From positions 70,990,001-71,054,000 of the forward strand of contig OZ024744.1 of NCBI GenBank assembly GCA_964016885.1: a stretch of DNA of 64,000 bases. Reading direction: 5' to 3'. The DNA comes from Eledone cirrhosa (Eukaryota). Under the pieces are notes generated by a model, which was not told the origin of the DNA, did not search any database, and saw only the letters and a list, made by a program, of their open reading frames with translations. Positions 12,340 to 25,299 of this stretch are shown here, piece after piece. Every line of letters starts with the position of its first letter. The first letter of the stretch is position 1. Position numbers and translations under genes: made by a program.

Positions 12340-12630
12340 TCCATCGTTCCCGATCTCCCAGTCTCTCACTATTATGAGCAAATGAGGGCCCACATGCTGG
12401 TTGGCCTACAGCCCCCATGGGTACAGAATGGAGAAGGTGTTTACCCGGACAATGGTGAGGGAGGACACACTGGAACAGCCATTCCTGCTCGTGAAACTCA
12501 CACCTGCGGGTAGCGAACTCTATGTCAAAGGTGGTGAGTAGGGAGTGGTCCTAGGGTCAAGGATACCAGAACTCTCCACTGCCATGGGCTCAACCACAAA
12601 CCTGTTGGAGAACGACCAATATAAAACTAT
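12340..12630 (-). mobile_element. CRE-like RLE retrotransposon 3' fragment (same family as 29126-29589)
   Basis: Remnant YWSFSNRFVVEPMAVESSGILDPR ... EWLFQ. Confidence 0.6.
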
Positions 12631-12829
12631 AAAAGTAGAAAGACTGACCAATATTCAGATAGAAAAATGCATGAACTAGTGTAGAGAGCAAAATAATTTT
12701 TTGTTTGAGGCAAGCAGAAATATAGGGCAGTTGACATCATATTTGTCTCAGAGACCAAAGCCAGGAACCACTTCAATCCTTCATTTAAGAGTGAGGATTT
12801 AATTCTCATACCAGCATATAATAATGGTA

Positions 12830-13025
12830 ACATGATAATGAAAATTATTGTGTACAGTTCTCAGGTGCACTACAACTCATCAAAGGTGCATGTATAGTAC
12901 ATAAAATAATGTACAAATGTCAGTAAAGTGAACAATGTATGAGTCATGAAATACATGTGTGTATGTCTATGTCTATGGAGGGGGAATATCAGGTGTAGTG
13001 TTGGCGAATTTCTGGAAGCATAGGT
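12830..13025 (-). mobile_element. CR1/L2-like LINE 3' tail (same family as 27952-28760)
   Basis: Shares TTGTGTACAG...CTCAGGTGCACTACAA...CATCAAA and TCAGGTGTAGT..TGGC..ATTTC.GGAAGCAT with the 28-kb copy. Confidence 0.7.
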
Positions 13026-15324
13026 AGGCAAGAAAGGAAGATGTGAGTGATGGATGTGTTACCAAAAATACATATCTCATTACTGATGGAAACTATTTTG
13101 TCCAATGCAGACAAAAGAACCATATTGAAAATCCAAAAACCTAAGAAAGGAAAGCAAGTTGGGGATAAACATAGAACTCTCAATCTAAACAGACCAGAAA
13201 AGGATTGAAGCCATCCTTACAAAAAGTAAATTCCAAAATAACATTTATTTATTTGTGATATTTGAAAGGATAGGACTCAGGAAAGGGCAGGCCTCACTGC
13301 TGTCAATCCTACAAAGACAAATGTAACAATACCAACAACAGAAGCAGCAGCAACAACAGCAATAGAAACAACACCCAACACCTACAACATCAACAGAAAC
13401 CAACACTAATGCGCATAAAACCAATTCCACCACCAACACCACCACAACCATAAACAAAAGAAACTCTCTATCATCCACACGTCTATCCATTCACAAAAAC
13501 AGCCGTGTATATCCTGTATATACTTACACATACATGTCTTCCAGTACATTGCATAATGAGTGTAAAGGAAGACTGTCATAAGGGACCTTTGTCGAGATGA
13601 AGAGAAAAAAGGACCACTCCAAGCTGAAAGCCAGATTTGGTGGAAAGGAAGAAAACACTTCATTCATCCACCAACACTACCACCACAACAATAACATAAC
13701 CACAACCATAACCACAACCATAACCACATACAAACAAAGAATGAAGACAAAAATAAATACACCTACATCAACAACAAAACAACAGCCAGACACAAATCCA
13801 GCTTGTGAACTTATGTCATTTATTCTATTATGTGTATGCTTTTTGTAGACGTAAAATCCAATCTCGCTATCTTCAATTCAGTATTCATGCCAACCCTTAC
13901 CTATGGTGTTTGTGGACTCTGCCCCAACGACCCTCTACCGATACTCTGACGCTATGCTTTGCAGCATAAAGTTATGGTCCTTTACAGTCTCAGTTCAAAT
14001 CCCACCGAGATTAACTTTGCCTTTCATCCCTATAGGGTCAATAAAATAAAGTACCAGTAATGCACTGGGATAACTGCTGGCCTTGTGCTAAAAGTAGAAA
14101 CAATTCTTCTTCTTCTTCTTCTTCTTCTTCTTCTTCTTCTTCTTCTCCTTCTCCTTCTCCTCCTCCTCCTTCTTCTTCTTCTTCTTCTCCTCCTCCTCCT
14201 TCTCCTTTGCCCACTTTTTCCTGAGAGGGTCGTTGGGGCAGAGTCCACAAACGCCATAGGTAAGAGTTGGCATGAATACCAAATTGAAGATAGCGAGATT
14301 GGATTTTATGTCTACAAAAAGGACCATAATAGTTGTTTCTATTTTAGGCACAAGGCCAGCAATTACCCAGTACATTACTGGTACTTTATTTTATCGACCC
14401 TGTAAGGATGAAAGGCAAAGTAAACCTCGGCGGGATTTGAACTCAGACTGTAAAGGGACGTAACTATGCTAGAAAGCATGGCGTCCAACCCTCTACTGAT
14501 ACTGCCAATTCAAAGGACCATAATAATTGTTTCTACTTTAGGCACAAGGCCAGCAATTACCCAGGATTTCTTTACTGGCCTTCTAATTTAGGTACAAGAC
14601 CAGCAATTTGTGAGAAGGGAAAGTTGATTAAATTGACTCCAGTACTTAACTGGTACTTTATTTTATCAACCTTGGAAGGATGAAAGGCAAAGTTGATCTC
14701 AGCACTAAAAGGTTGTAGCTAAATGTTACAAAGCTGCCTGATGTTCCCCCAATACTGCCAATCCACTGCCCTTGAATAGATAACAACAAATAACAACAAC
14801 AGTATCTATGTTCCCATAACTCCTGATAGAGTTGTAGAGGCGCTGTATTGACATACAACGTTTCTTGGGCATTTTAAGTCTGGCAGAGCCCATCCCTCTC
14901 CAGGCCTGAGTAGAGCAGATTTCTTCCAGAGAAAGATAGAAAGCGAGAGAGAGGAAGAATCAAGCACCAGTGCTAAACTGGTACTTTTATTTTATCAACC
15001 TCAAAAGGATGAAAGGCAAAGTTGACCTCGGTGGGATTTGAACTCAGAGAGCAGAGAGCCGGAACAAACAACATAAAGCATTCTATCCAACGTTCTAATG
15101 ACTCAGCAACAAGTGTACAGAACAATAATATAACAAGAAAAAAAGGAACGACAAAGGTTGATTTGGGGACACCCCACAAACAACCCCAGATTATCTTGAA
15201 ACAAAGGCAAGAGCCTTATCTAAGTTCTTGCCACCATCTGATAGCTGCACTGTTAGTGTCAGCCCATTTAGTCACACCAATTTTGTCATGTTTTGCTAAC
15301 TTTTATCACATTTTCTGGTGGTCC

Positions 15325-15655
15325 TTAATCCTTTAGCATTTAAACCGGCTGTATTTGGCCAGAATTCTCTCACCCCTTTCTGTTCAAACCGACTGTAACT
15401 GACCACTTATACTGATGTTAAGGTATTGTTCTCAAAGTAAATAATTGTTTCTATTTTAGGCACAAGGCCAGCAATTACCCAGTATATTACTGGTACTTTA
15501 CTTTATCGACCCCGTAAGGATGAAAGGCAAAGTTAACCTCGGCAGGATTTGAACTCAGATCATAAAGGGACGTAACTCTATGCGTCAAAGCATGGCGTCC
15601 GACCCTCTACCGATACTGCCAAATCAAAATCTCATAGATTCGATATTATGCTAAT
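15325..15655. mobile_element. TTAA MITE interrupted by a SINE (15440-15622) and truncated by an RTE copy
   Basis: TTAA-TCCTTTAGCATT...TTCTCAAAGTAAATAAT [SINE, reverse] ATCAAAATCTCATAGATTCGATATTATG. Confidence 0.75.
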
Positions 15656-16500
15656 TCAGTCACCTGAGTGACTGAATTAGCAGTGGAAGTTGGTGTTCTG
15701 AAAGTACAGTAACCAGGGTAAGAACAGAATGGAAAGGAGCTACTGCCACTGCTAGCTGCAAAAGGCTTTTCCCTCAAAATGAAAGGCAGACTGTATGATG
15801 CGTGCATATGAACAGCAATGTTACATGGTAGTGAGACCCGGGCGCCATGTGTAGAAGACTTGTGTAGATTAGAAAGAAATGAAGCCTGCATGCTCCGATG
15901 GAGGTGTAATAGTAATATAAGCGAACAGCAAAGCATAAACGAATTGAGAGAGAGACTGAGCATAAGAGGAATCAAATAGTGTGTGCAGGAGAGGAGATTA
16001 CGTTGGTATGGACATGTGATGCGTATGAAGGATGACAGCTGGAGCGGGGAGACCCAAGAAGACCTGGGATGGGGTGATAAAAGGTGACCTTGCCCAATTG
16101 CACCTCTCAAAGGTGATGACACAGGACTGAGACCTCTGGCGTTACGCAGTAATTCAGAAGACCAGAGTTTCCACGGGTACAGGCTGAAGCTGAAGCATAT
16201 ACAGAGTATGCACCACCCCTCTCTCACTGTAAAGTGGTCGTGTAGGTGTCATGACAAAAAAGCACCCAGCCCACACTATAAAGTAGTCATGTAGGCGCTA
16301 CAGTAAGAAAGCACCCAGTACTCACTGTAAATGAGGTTGGTGTTAGGAAGGGCATCCAGCTGTAGAAATCAACCCAAAATCAGTTCCATATGATCAAGAC
16401 ATGGTCACTTGACCTCGCATTGCCCACAACAGGACAACCCGTCTAACCCATGCTAGCGTGGAAAAATGGGCGTAAAAGAGTGATGATGATGATGATGATG
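15655..16500 (+). mobile_element. Older 5'-truncated copy of the RTE family at 1-2152
   Basis: Colinear with ~1280-2150, with stops and deletions; (ATG)n tail. Confidence 0.9.
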
Positions 16501-16776
16501 ATATATATATACATATATATATATATAGAGAGAGAGAGAGAGTAAGTAGAATCAAAGTCAGTATTGCAGCATATGTACAAACTTTATTGACATATTACAA
16601 TTGTTCAGCTCAAAATACAATCATAATGACGGGGCCCAAGTCTTCTTTAACATCTCCTCAGATATGCGAGTTTATATGTGCGTATCTGGGGAGATGTCAA
16701 CAAAGAGTCAGGCCCCGTCATTATGCCGACCGGACACTGCCCACAACAGGACATAACGCATCGCCCGGTCTATATA

Positions 16777-16808
<32 letters not shown>

Positions 16809-16841
16809 CAATATATATATGTAATATATGTATATAGATAC

Positions 16842-16883
<42 letters not shown>

Positions 16884-16885
<2 letters not shown>

Positions 16886-17292
16886 ACCCAATTACACCTC
16901 TCAAAGGCAATGGACGACACACGACCATGACCTCTGGCGTCACGCAGTAATACAGAGTACCCGACCTCCCATGGGTACAAGCTGAAGCATATAGACAATA
17001 TGCCCCCACACCCTCCCACTGCAAGGTGGTTGTGGAGGTGCCACGGCAAAAAAGCACCCAGCCCACACTGTAAAGTGGACGTGTAGGCGCCACGAAAAAG
17101 CACCCAGCACTCACTGTAAATGAGGTTGGTGTTAGGAAGGGTATCCAGCTGTAGAAATCAAGCCAAATCAGTTCCTGTATGAGCAAGGCATGGTCAGCCG
17201 ACCGGGCAATGCCCACAACAGGACAACTCGTCTAACCCGTGTTAGCGTGGAAGAACGGACGTAAAACGGTGATGATGATGATGATGATGATG
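16884..17292 (+). mobile_element. Young 5'-truncated RTE 3' end
   Basis: Close match to 1756-2150; the 5' end abuts (TA)n. Confidence 0.92.
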
Positions 17293-17838
17293 TATACACC
17301 CTATGAGTTGGTCGGGATGGTGAGACAACAAAAAGTGGCCAGTCCACCCAGTAAGGTAATCATGCTAGTGACACAACAAAAAGTATCTAGTCCACCTTGT
17401 TAAGTGGTCGTTTCAGTGCCATGATGAAAACTACCTAATCTACACTGTAATGTGGTTGCCATTAGAAGGTAATCCAGCTGTAGAAACCAAGCCAAAATAC
17501 AGATCTGTATGAGCAGGATGTGGTCACCTGACCTGAATTGTCTCATAACATGACAACCCATCTAACCTATGCAAGTGTGTAAAGTGGATGTTAAATGATA
17601 ATAATTGTTTCTATGTTTTGGCAGGCACAAGGCCAGCAATTACCCCAGTGCATTACTGGTACTTTATTTTATCGACTCCGCAAAGATTAAAGGCAAAGTT
17701 AACCTCAGCGGGATTTGAACTCAGTCCGTAAAGGGAAGTAACTATGCTGGAAAGCATGGCGTCCGACCCTCTACCTATACTGCCAAATAATGATGATGAT
17801 GATGGTGATAATGATGATGATGATGATGATGGTGATGG

Positions 17839-17898
<60 letters not shown>

Positions 17899-19249
17899 CG
17901 ACGACGACGACAATGATGATGATGATTACAACGATGACGATGATGATGAAGATGACGATTATGATGATATACACGCAAACATATTTGTATATGCAATCTT
18001 TTAATGTGGGTTTTTCAAAAATCTTACGATCGATGCAATTAATAAACATGTGCTTGTGTGTGTATGTGTGTGTGTGTGCATGTGTGTGTGTATGTATGTG
18101 CGTGCGCGCATGTGTGTGTGTGTGTGTATGTCGTTGCATGCGTGCGTGTGCATGTGTGTGAGCATGTGTACATAAGTTTGTGTTTTTTGTTTGTGAACAT
18201 TTGGTTAGAATGTCTCAGGAAAGAATCTTTGACAGGAGACCCAGGGGTAAAAACCCTGAGCGAGATGGTTTGATGACATACATGAGCTTGGCTGGTCCAG
18301 CTTGGGGGTCCAGCTGGATCAGTTGGATCCGGTTGCTTATGACAGGACCCACTACGACCCTCTCAGGAATAAGTGGGTGAAGGAGGAGGAGGAAGAGGAA
18401 GAGGGAGAAGTGGGTGAGGGGGAGGACAAGGACATGATGGGGGGGGGGTGACGAGAAGGAGGCGGACATGAGGGGGGCGATGAGTAGGAGGAGTAGGAGG
18501 ACATGAGGGGGGGGGGGGCGAGGAGGAGGAAGATGAGGAGGAGAAGGAGGAGGACATGAGTGGAAGAAGAAGAAGAAGAAGAAGAAGAAGAAGAAGAAGA
18601 AGAAGAAGAAGAAGCACCACACCCCTTCGTGTTTCAGTTGAGTACATCATCGCTAACAACATTTAATCTTGGTTTAAAACAAAAAACAAACATAACTTAG
18701 ATAGAAGTAACAAACTATTTTAGTTCATTTATCTTACTTTAATATACTTACATACATATCATGATATACATACTGGCATGCACACACACACACAGACACA
18801 CACAGACATATACACATACGCATATACACATACACACACTAACACACAGCATAACATACACAAACACACACACACTCAACATACACAAACACATACACTA
18901 ACACACACATACACAAACACATACACAGACACAAATACACACACGCAAATACTCACACTCACACACACACACTTACACACAAACACATACACAGACACAA
19001 ATACACATAAACAAATACACAATCACACACAAACACACACATACTCACACTCACACACACACACACACTTACACAGACACACATTCACAAACACAGACAC
19101 ACATTCAAACACACACACACATTCATACACACACATACACACACACACACAATGACCCTAATACTTATAGTAAAATGTGTAGTAGAAGATTTAAAGAAAA
19201 AAGTTTGAACATGGGAAGAAAATCTAGAATTTAAAGACTTCAGGGAACA

Positions 19250-19470
19250 TTAACCCTACATCATTTACACCGGCCATATTCGGTCAGAATTCTCTCACCT
19301 CTTTCTGTTTAATACGGCTGTAACTTGCTGCTCATACTGATGTTAGTGTATTGTTCTCAAAATAAATAATATCAAAATCTCATAGATTCAATATTACATG
19401 AGATAATTATGTGAGGTAAAGTCTTTACTGAGAAAATATAATAGTAAAAAGAGAGAGTACATTTAGCAAA
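19250..19470. mobile_element. TTAA MITE, degenerate
   Basis: TTAA-CCCT start with the family body (AGAATTCTCTCACCTCTTTCTG...GAGATAATTATGTGAG). Confidence 0.7.
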
Positions 19471-20087
19471 GAGAGAGATTTTAGTAGGAAATAAGGCAGA
19501 CTCATGTTGCTTTAAGGCAATTGGCAAAGATCAATATGTAGAAGTTAGGAGGAATTCTATACTGTGTAATCAATGTAAACTAAGAATTGATAGTAGATTG
19601 GATAGGAATATACATAATGGATGCAAACTCTGCTAAGAGTGTTGCAATCGCTTGTCAGTTTATAGAGTTTGGTGCACTTTTAGGCTACCGCCAACCATAT
19701 GAACCTGTAACATATCCTGAACAAGCAATGCCTGTGCTTTGAAGATTTTCAAGTGGGGAAAGGCCTTGCACTTGACTAATCCCACTCTCTGAGCATCAAA
19801 AACACTACCTGAAAAGGAGAACTGGTCAACATCATCGGATGCTTCCAAAGCTGAAGGCTTTTTTTTTCGGAGTTTCCCACTCCTAGAAAGGTGTTGTGAC
19901 AACAACTGGGGGCCTTTCACTCCCAGGTGGGGGGGGGGGGGAAGTACATACATACACTCACACACATACATACATATATACATCCACACACTCACACATA
20001 TACATACGTACATGCATACATACATTCATACATATATACACACATACATACATACACTCATACACATACATACATACTCACACATGC

Positions 20088-20118
<31 letters not shown>

Positions 20119-20594
20119 CACATGCACACATACATACACATAATGTAATGGGAAGAATACCAAACCATAGAAACCTTCAAAATAAATAAATATAAACAAA
20201 TAGATAGAAAGGAACATCACAAGCCATACATCTTGGAGGGAATTAATGCAGTCAGAAAGTGCAGCTAAAGCACTCAATAAGGGATTTTACCTGAGAGTTA
20301 TAACATTACGTTTAGACAGCTATGCAAATTGAAGACAGTGACCGATAAGCGAGCCGCCAGGACCAGAACAACGGAAAAAACCGACTCAGGAAAATTATAT
20401 ATATACATACACAGCCGTGAAGGTAACACGGTAAAAACCTCCCAGTCCACACTGTAAATGTGGTTGGTGTTAGGAAGGGCATCCAGCTGTAGAAAACCCA
20501 CCAGACAGTCCTATACGAGCAAGACAACCAATCTTGCCTCAAGTGGGAAAACTCCCGTCCAAACCCATGCAAGCGTGGAAGATGGACGTTAAAC

Positions 20595-20629
<35 letters not shown>

Positions 20630-20678
20630 CACACACACACATATGTATGCATATAATGTATGTGTCTATGTATGTATG

Positions 20679-21118
20679 TATATAATAAAGATGAAATAAA
20701 GATGGTTATAAGAGTTCCATATATTTCATTATACGTATTCCGAATACAAAATCATAGATCTTCCATGCAAGATGGACGTTAAACGATGATGATGATGATG
20801 ATGATGATGTGTTCTCTTCAGATAAAAAATAAGGTACAATGATATGAGGCATAATAGCACTTGTTTATAGGTAAGTGCTAAGTCTATATATGATAGAAAT
20901 ATATGTGTTAATACTATTTCTTACTATAGTATTAACACATATATTTCTATCATATGTAGACTTAGCACTTACCTATAAACAAGTCCTATTATGCCTTGTA
21001 TCATTGTACCTTATTTTTTATCTGAAGAGAACACATCATCTATGATTTTGTATTCGAAATACGTATAATAAAATATATGGAACTCTTATAACCATCTTTA
21101 TTTTATCTTTATTATATA
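20679..21118. repeat. ~190-bp-arm fold-back palindrome (8-nt loop 20918-20925); left arm interrupted by a ~46-bp RTE/SINE-tail insertion
   Basis: The arms are reverse complements with a few mismatches. Insert CTTCCATGCAAGATGGACGTTAAAC(GAT)n at ~20760-20805. Confidence 0.95.
21016..21073 (+). ncRNA. Minimal type-I hammerhead ribozyme motif (Penelope-type)
   Basis: Stem I TTTTAT(21016-21)/ATAAAA(21068-73); CTGAAGA 21022-28; stem II GAACACA-TCAT-CT-ATGA-TTT-TGTATTC closed by G-C; GAAA 21056-59; palindromic stem III A-TACGTA-T; predicted cleavage after UA at 21067. Confidence 0.75.
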
Positions 21119-22844
21119 TACTCCAGTTCTACCAACTGTTGAGTGCTACTTATCTGATATATGCATAGTTTTATTGTTCTACAATATTACCCACCTTCTA
21201 TATGTATGTATATATGTATATATGTATGTATGTATGTATTTATGTATGTATGTATGTATTTGAGAGTACATACATATATGTTTGCACACAGATACATACA
21301 CACTCTCATGATCATCATTATCATCATCAGTATTTTTTTTTCTTTTTCATTTTGTTTGAATTTTTAGGGTTTTAGGATTAAAAAAACAAGATACTTATTA
21401 TGGAAATTATTCAAAATATGCAAGATTCACACATTGGGAATGATAATTAGAATATTTGGCATATTCAAGGCTTTATTTTTATTTATTTATTTATTTTATT
21501 TTATTTATTTTTTTATTTATTTTTTTATTTAATTATTGCCAAATATGCAGCAAATATTCCCTATCTTTGATAATTTATTTCAATCTTTTTTTTTTAAGGA
21601 CACAACAAAGAACTAAAGTTCAGGAGAACAGTTTCTTAAGTAAAATTATCAAATATATACATACAAAACACCCTAACAAACTTGTTTTAAATAGTAGGAA
21701 ATAAAACAATAATTGATTTAAAAAAGAAAACAGAAATAAAATGAATAAAATAAAAACAGATGATCTCATCATAAGAATACAAATTTTCATTACCATAAAG
21801 ATTTACAAAATTCAAAAAACTTGTTTTCAATCGGAGCGATTATGTTTCAGTTTCTTTTCTATAAAAGCCTCTTTTAAAGAGTTTTCAAAACTTGTCACAT
21901 ATATCCCCTTACACAAGGAAATCTTGAAATTTTATACCCAATGTTTCAACAATCAGAATAGCTGTTTATCACCAAAACAGTAAAAATATCCATTAACACT
22001 TTCATTACCACTTTTTATAATGAAAAACCCACTGCCTATGATGTTGAAATTGTTTTTAAAATAATCAAAAACTTTGAATGATTTCGTATTGTAATAAACT
22101 TTCTTATTGATAAGCTGGGATTTGGAAGATAACTTAACAAAGGCTCTTACATGAAATTATGTTGAAAAATTTTAGATAAATATATCCAGTTTAGAATATG
22201 TACGCTGTATACCTGCATATTGTAAGGAGCAATTAAATGGGCCTGTGTCGAGAAGGGCACCCTGCTGTAAAACATTGCCTCAAAAAGTCCCGTCCAACCC
22301 ATGCCAGCATTGAAAATTTGACATAAAAGTGATAGTGATGATGATGATGATGATGAACATTTTAAAAGAAACAGCTTTGTATTGTAGAACCAAGGGCAGC
22401 GGTAGAGGCAGTGTCAGATTTAGGACAGATGAGGCCCTGTGCTAGTTAAGTTATGAGGCCCCTTACATTTGAATAAATTCATTGTAAAAAATTTCAGGGG
22501 CAGGAAGATGCCCCCCCCCCCCCCCCTCCCTTCCCTCTGGCCAATGGGGCTCTGTTCTTAGGCACACCTAAGCACAATCGTAAATCTGGAACTGGGTAGG
22601 GGCAATTACAGTCAAGCAGTTTGGTATGAAAAGGATTAATGAAATCATGGTATGGAATGGAAAGAGGTTTACTATTTGACTGGACAGACTATAATGACAA
22701 AAATATGTGAAACTTATATTTTCTGGCAACTTATGCATCCTTGAAGTAAGTGTGTCATGCAGTGGCACTCTCTCCAAGCAGCAACTTAGTGTATTTAGTA
22801 ACAGATCTAGGTTTCATAGCCTGACAGCTATGAGGAAGACATAG

Positions 22845-23043
22845 TAGAGGAAGACATAGTAGAGGAAGACCACGAAAATCATGGGCAGAGGTGGTGAGAG
22901 CTGACTTCAGATCGTTGAAGCTCACAGAGGAGATGACAAAGGACCGTGACGAATGGAGAGATGCTGGGCTGAATAGGATCCGTCCCACCCTTGCAAGCAG
23001 GGAAAAGCGGACGTAAAATGATGACAATGATGATGCTGATGAC
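22845..23043 (+). mobile_element. RTE family B 3' end
   Basis: RGRPRKSWAEVVRADFRSLKL...; tail TTGCAAGCAGGGAAAAGCGGACGTAAA(ATG)n. Confidence 0.85.
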
Positions 23044-23389
23044 AGCTAAAGATCACAAGCTGTTGAAGTATTGATTGTTTTCTGAAAGGTTTGTTGTTAA
23101 ACATATAGTGGTGGAGACTTATTCTTCCAGCCCATGTTGTCCAGGCATATATCGTTGTGGTAGGGTTGTGTGTTATTCTTAGTTATATTTATATTATTTG
23201 TAATATATTTATTACCAGACGAAGGTTTACCACCACAGAATGGGAAGATGGTCATGCCGTCTAGCCTTTTGCCGTCTACTTGGTTCAACCCCACCAGATC
23301 GAGTTGGGAGGGGAAGCCAGCAGCATCCAAGCCATGCCGCATGCAGTGACACATTCTCCAGCGGCATTGAAGACCAATTTTTTCAGTAG

Positions 23390-25110
23390 CTCATTCCACC
23401 ACTTCTAATAACATCTGTACTTTTTCATTGGTGTCTGATAAGAGTGTGATATCATCTTCAAAATTAACATCAGTTATTGTTATTTCAGGGTATCCAGTGC
23501 TACATCGAGGATGAAGTGTGAATCTTATTTGATGAGCATATTTGATCGTTACATAGTCGAGTGTTAATATGGAGAGTAACAGAGCAAATGTATCTCTTTG
23601 AAGAAAATCCGTTTTCAGTTTGAAGAAGTCTGTCCCACCATCAGGGTACAGTACTTTTGCTTCCATGCAGTCTTAGAGACTGTTCAGAGACGTGCAACCA
23701 AACGATTACCCTCCATCAGGCATCTACCATACTCTGAACGCCTTGCTTCCCTGGGCATGAATACATTGAAGCTCCAACGCCCCCATTATTTGTTTGACTT
23801 TCCATGATGAATGAAATTGAAAGAGTTACTAAAATCAAAGAATGAGATAACAGCTGGAAGGTTCTTTGCTTTTTACTCCTTTGATGAATTTTCTAAGGGT
23901 CAGAATTTCCCCAATGGTGATCTATTTGAACAAAATCCATTTTGGTTCATGCAAACTATTGGTTCTAAATGAGGTTTAATTCTATGAAATATCATTTTGT
24001 TGTAGACTTTAGATGATATTTCTGTGGGACTAATTCTATAGTAATTTTTAACATTATTAAGATCACCCTTTTTTGAAAATGGAGTTATACCACTTTAGTT
24101 CCAAATTTTTGGCTCATCTCCATGAAAGGTTTGATCACACACTTCGAGTAATGCATCAACTAAGGCTTCAGTTTTCCAAACATTGATTGAAATGTTATTG
24201 GGTCCTGCTGCTTTTCTGCTTTTGAAGGATTTGATTGAAACAAACCGAAACGGTCAGTACCTACTTGATTTTGCAACAGAATGCAGACAGATAAACCTGA
24301 ATCTTCAATACAAGAAATGAATTGGGAAGTCATGGATCTTCACATATTTCAATAAATTGAAAGCACAACTGTACTACATTCTAATAAATAAGAAATTGAG
24401 AAACAATGCACAAAATTGTGAGTCTTATAACATTTTTGCATCAGTAAATTCTGACCATAAAATTGTTTCTGTGAAAATAAGACTCAGTCTAAGAATCCAT
24501 AAAAATAAAAAATAAAAATAATGGATACGATTGGAATAAACTGCTAACTGATGATACTATCAAAATCAAATACAAAACTAAAGTCAGAAACCGTTTCAAT
24601 ACACTGCAGGCAGTCACAGAAGAAAGAAATGCTGATGAAATTCATAAAAACATCGTAATTGCCCATAAAGAAGCTGCTGAATAATCCATACCAAAATTAG
24701 AGAAGAAGAAGCAACGTGTTCCATGGGAAAGCGATAAGATTAAAACCAAACAAAAACAGTTCAAGAAGCACAAAAGGCATTATTAGGAAACGAAAGTCCA
24801 GTGTTTCCAAGCAGCCAAACATGATCTTATGGCTACTTATAATGAAGAGTTTACTACATATATAAAATCAACATCCCATCAAATGTAGTACAACACCAAT
24901 CATAAAAAATTACTTGTACAACTGTCAATGAAATTACTGGTAGAAAGAATACACCAACATGCAAGATAAAAGCTAAGATGCCAAAAGAATGTATACAAAA
25001 ATAGAAAGACCACTGCCAAAACCTTAGTCAATTACCTGTTATAAGAGAACAAAATATCATAGGAGTAGTTGACAGTACATTACCAATCATTACAGACGAA
25101 TCAAATTATA
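23390..25110. mobile_element. Degenerate RTEX-like LINE with inverted 5' part (RT on minus 24238-23390; endonuclease C-terminus/tether on plus 24240-25110)
   Basis: Minus: SIKSFKSRKAAGPNNI...KKGDL...NQNGF...AKVLYPDGGTDFF...QRDTFA...FEDDITLLSD. Plus: NRNGQYLLDF...WIFTY...YILINKK...SDHKIVSVKIRLSLR. Confidence 0.7.
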
Positions 25111-25299
25111 TATACAAAACTCACTAAGGTGCAATTTGAGGTAGATTCATTTGTTGTTTCTAGCAGGTCAACTGACCATGTACAGATAACTCTTGTTTGC
25201 TTGTAGGAGGGAGGCAATCGATTAACTCTTTAGCATTTACATTACTTTGGCAGGTTGCAGTAGTGGTCTGTTTAATTGACACAAACATATGATTGGTAG

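Noticed and set aside
21300-22200. AT-rich unique stretch as a possible nested gene or 3'UTR
   Set aside because: No credible ORF, splice pair or linked coding exon found.
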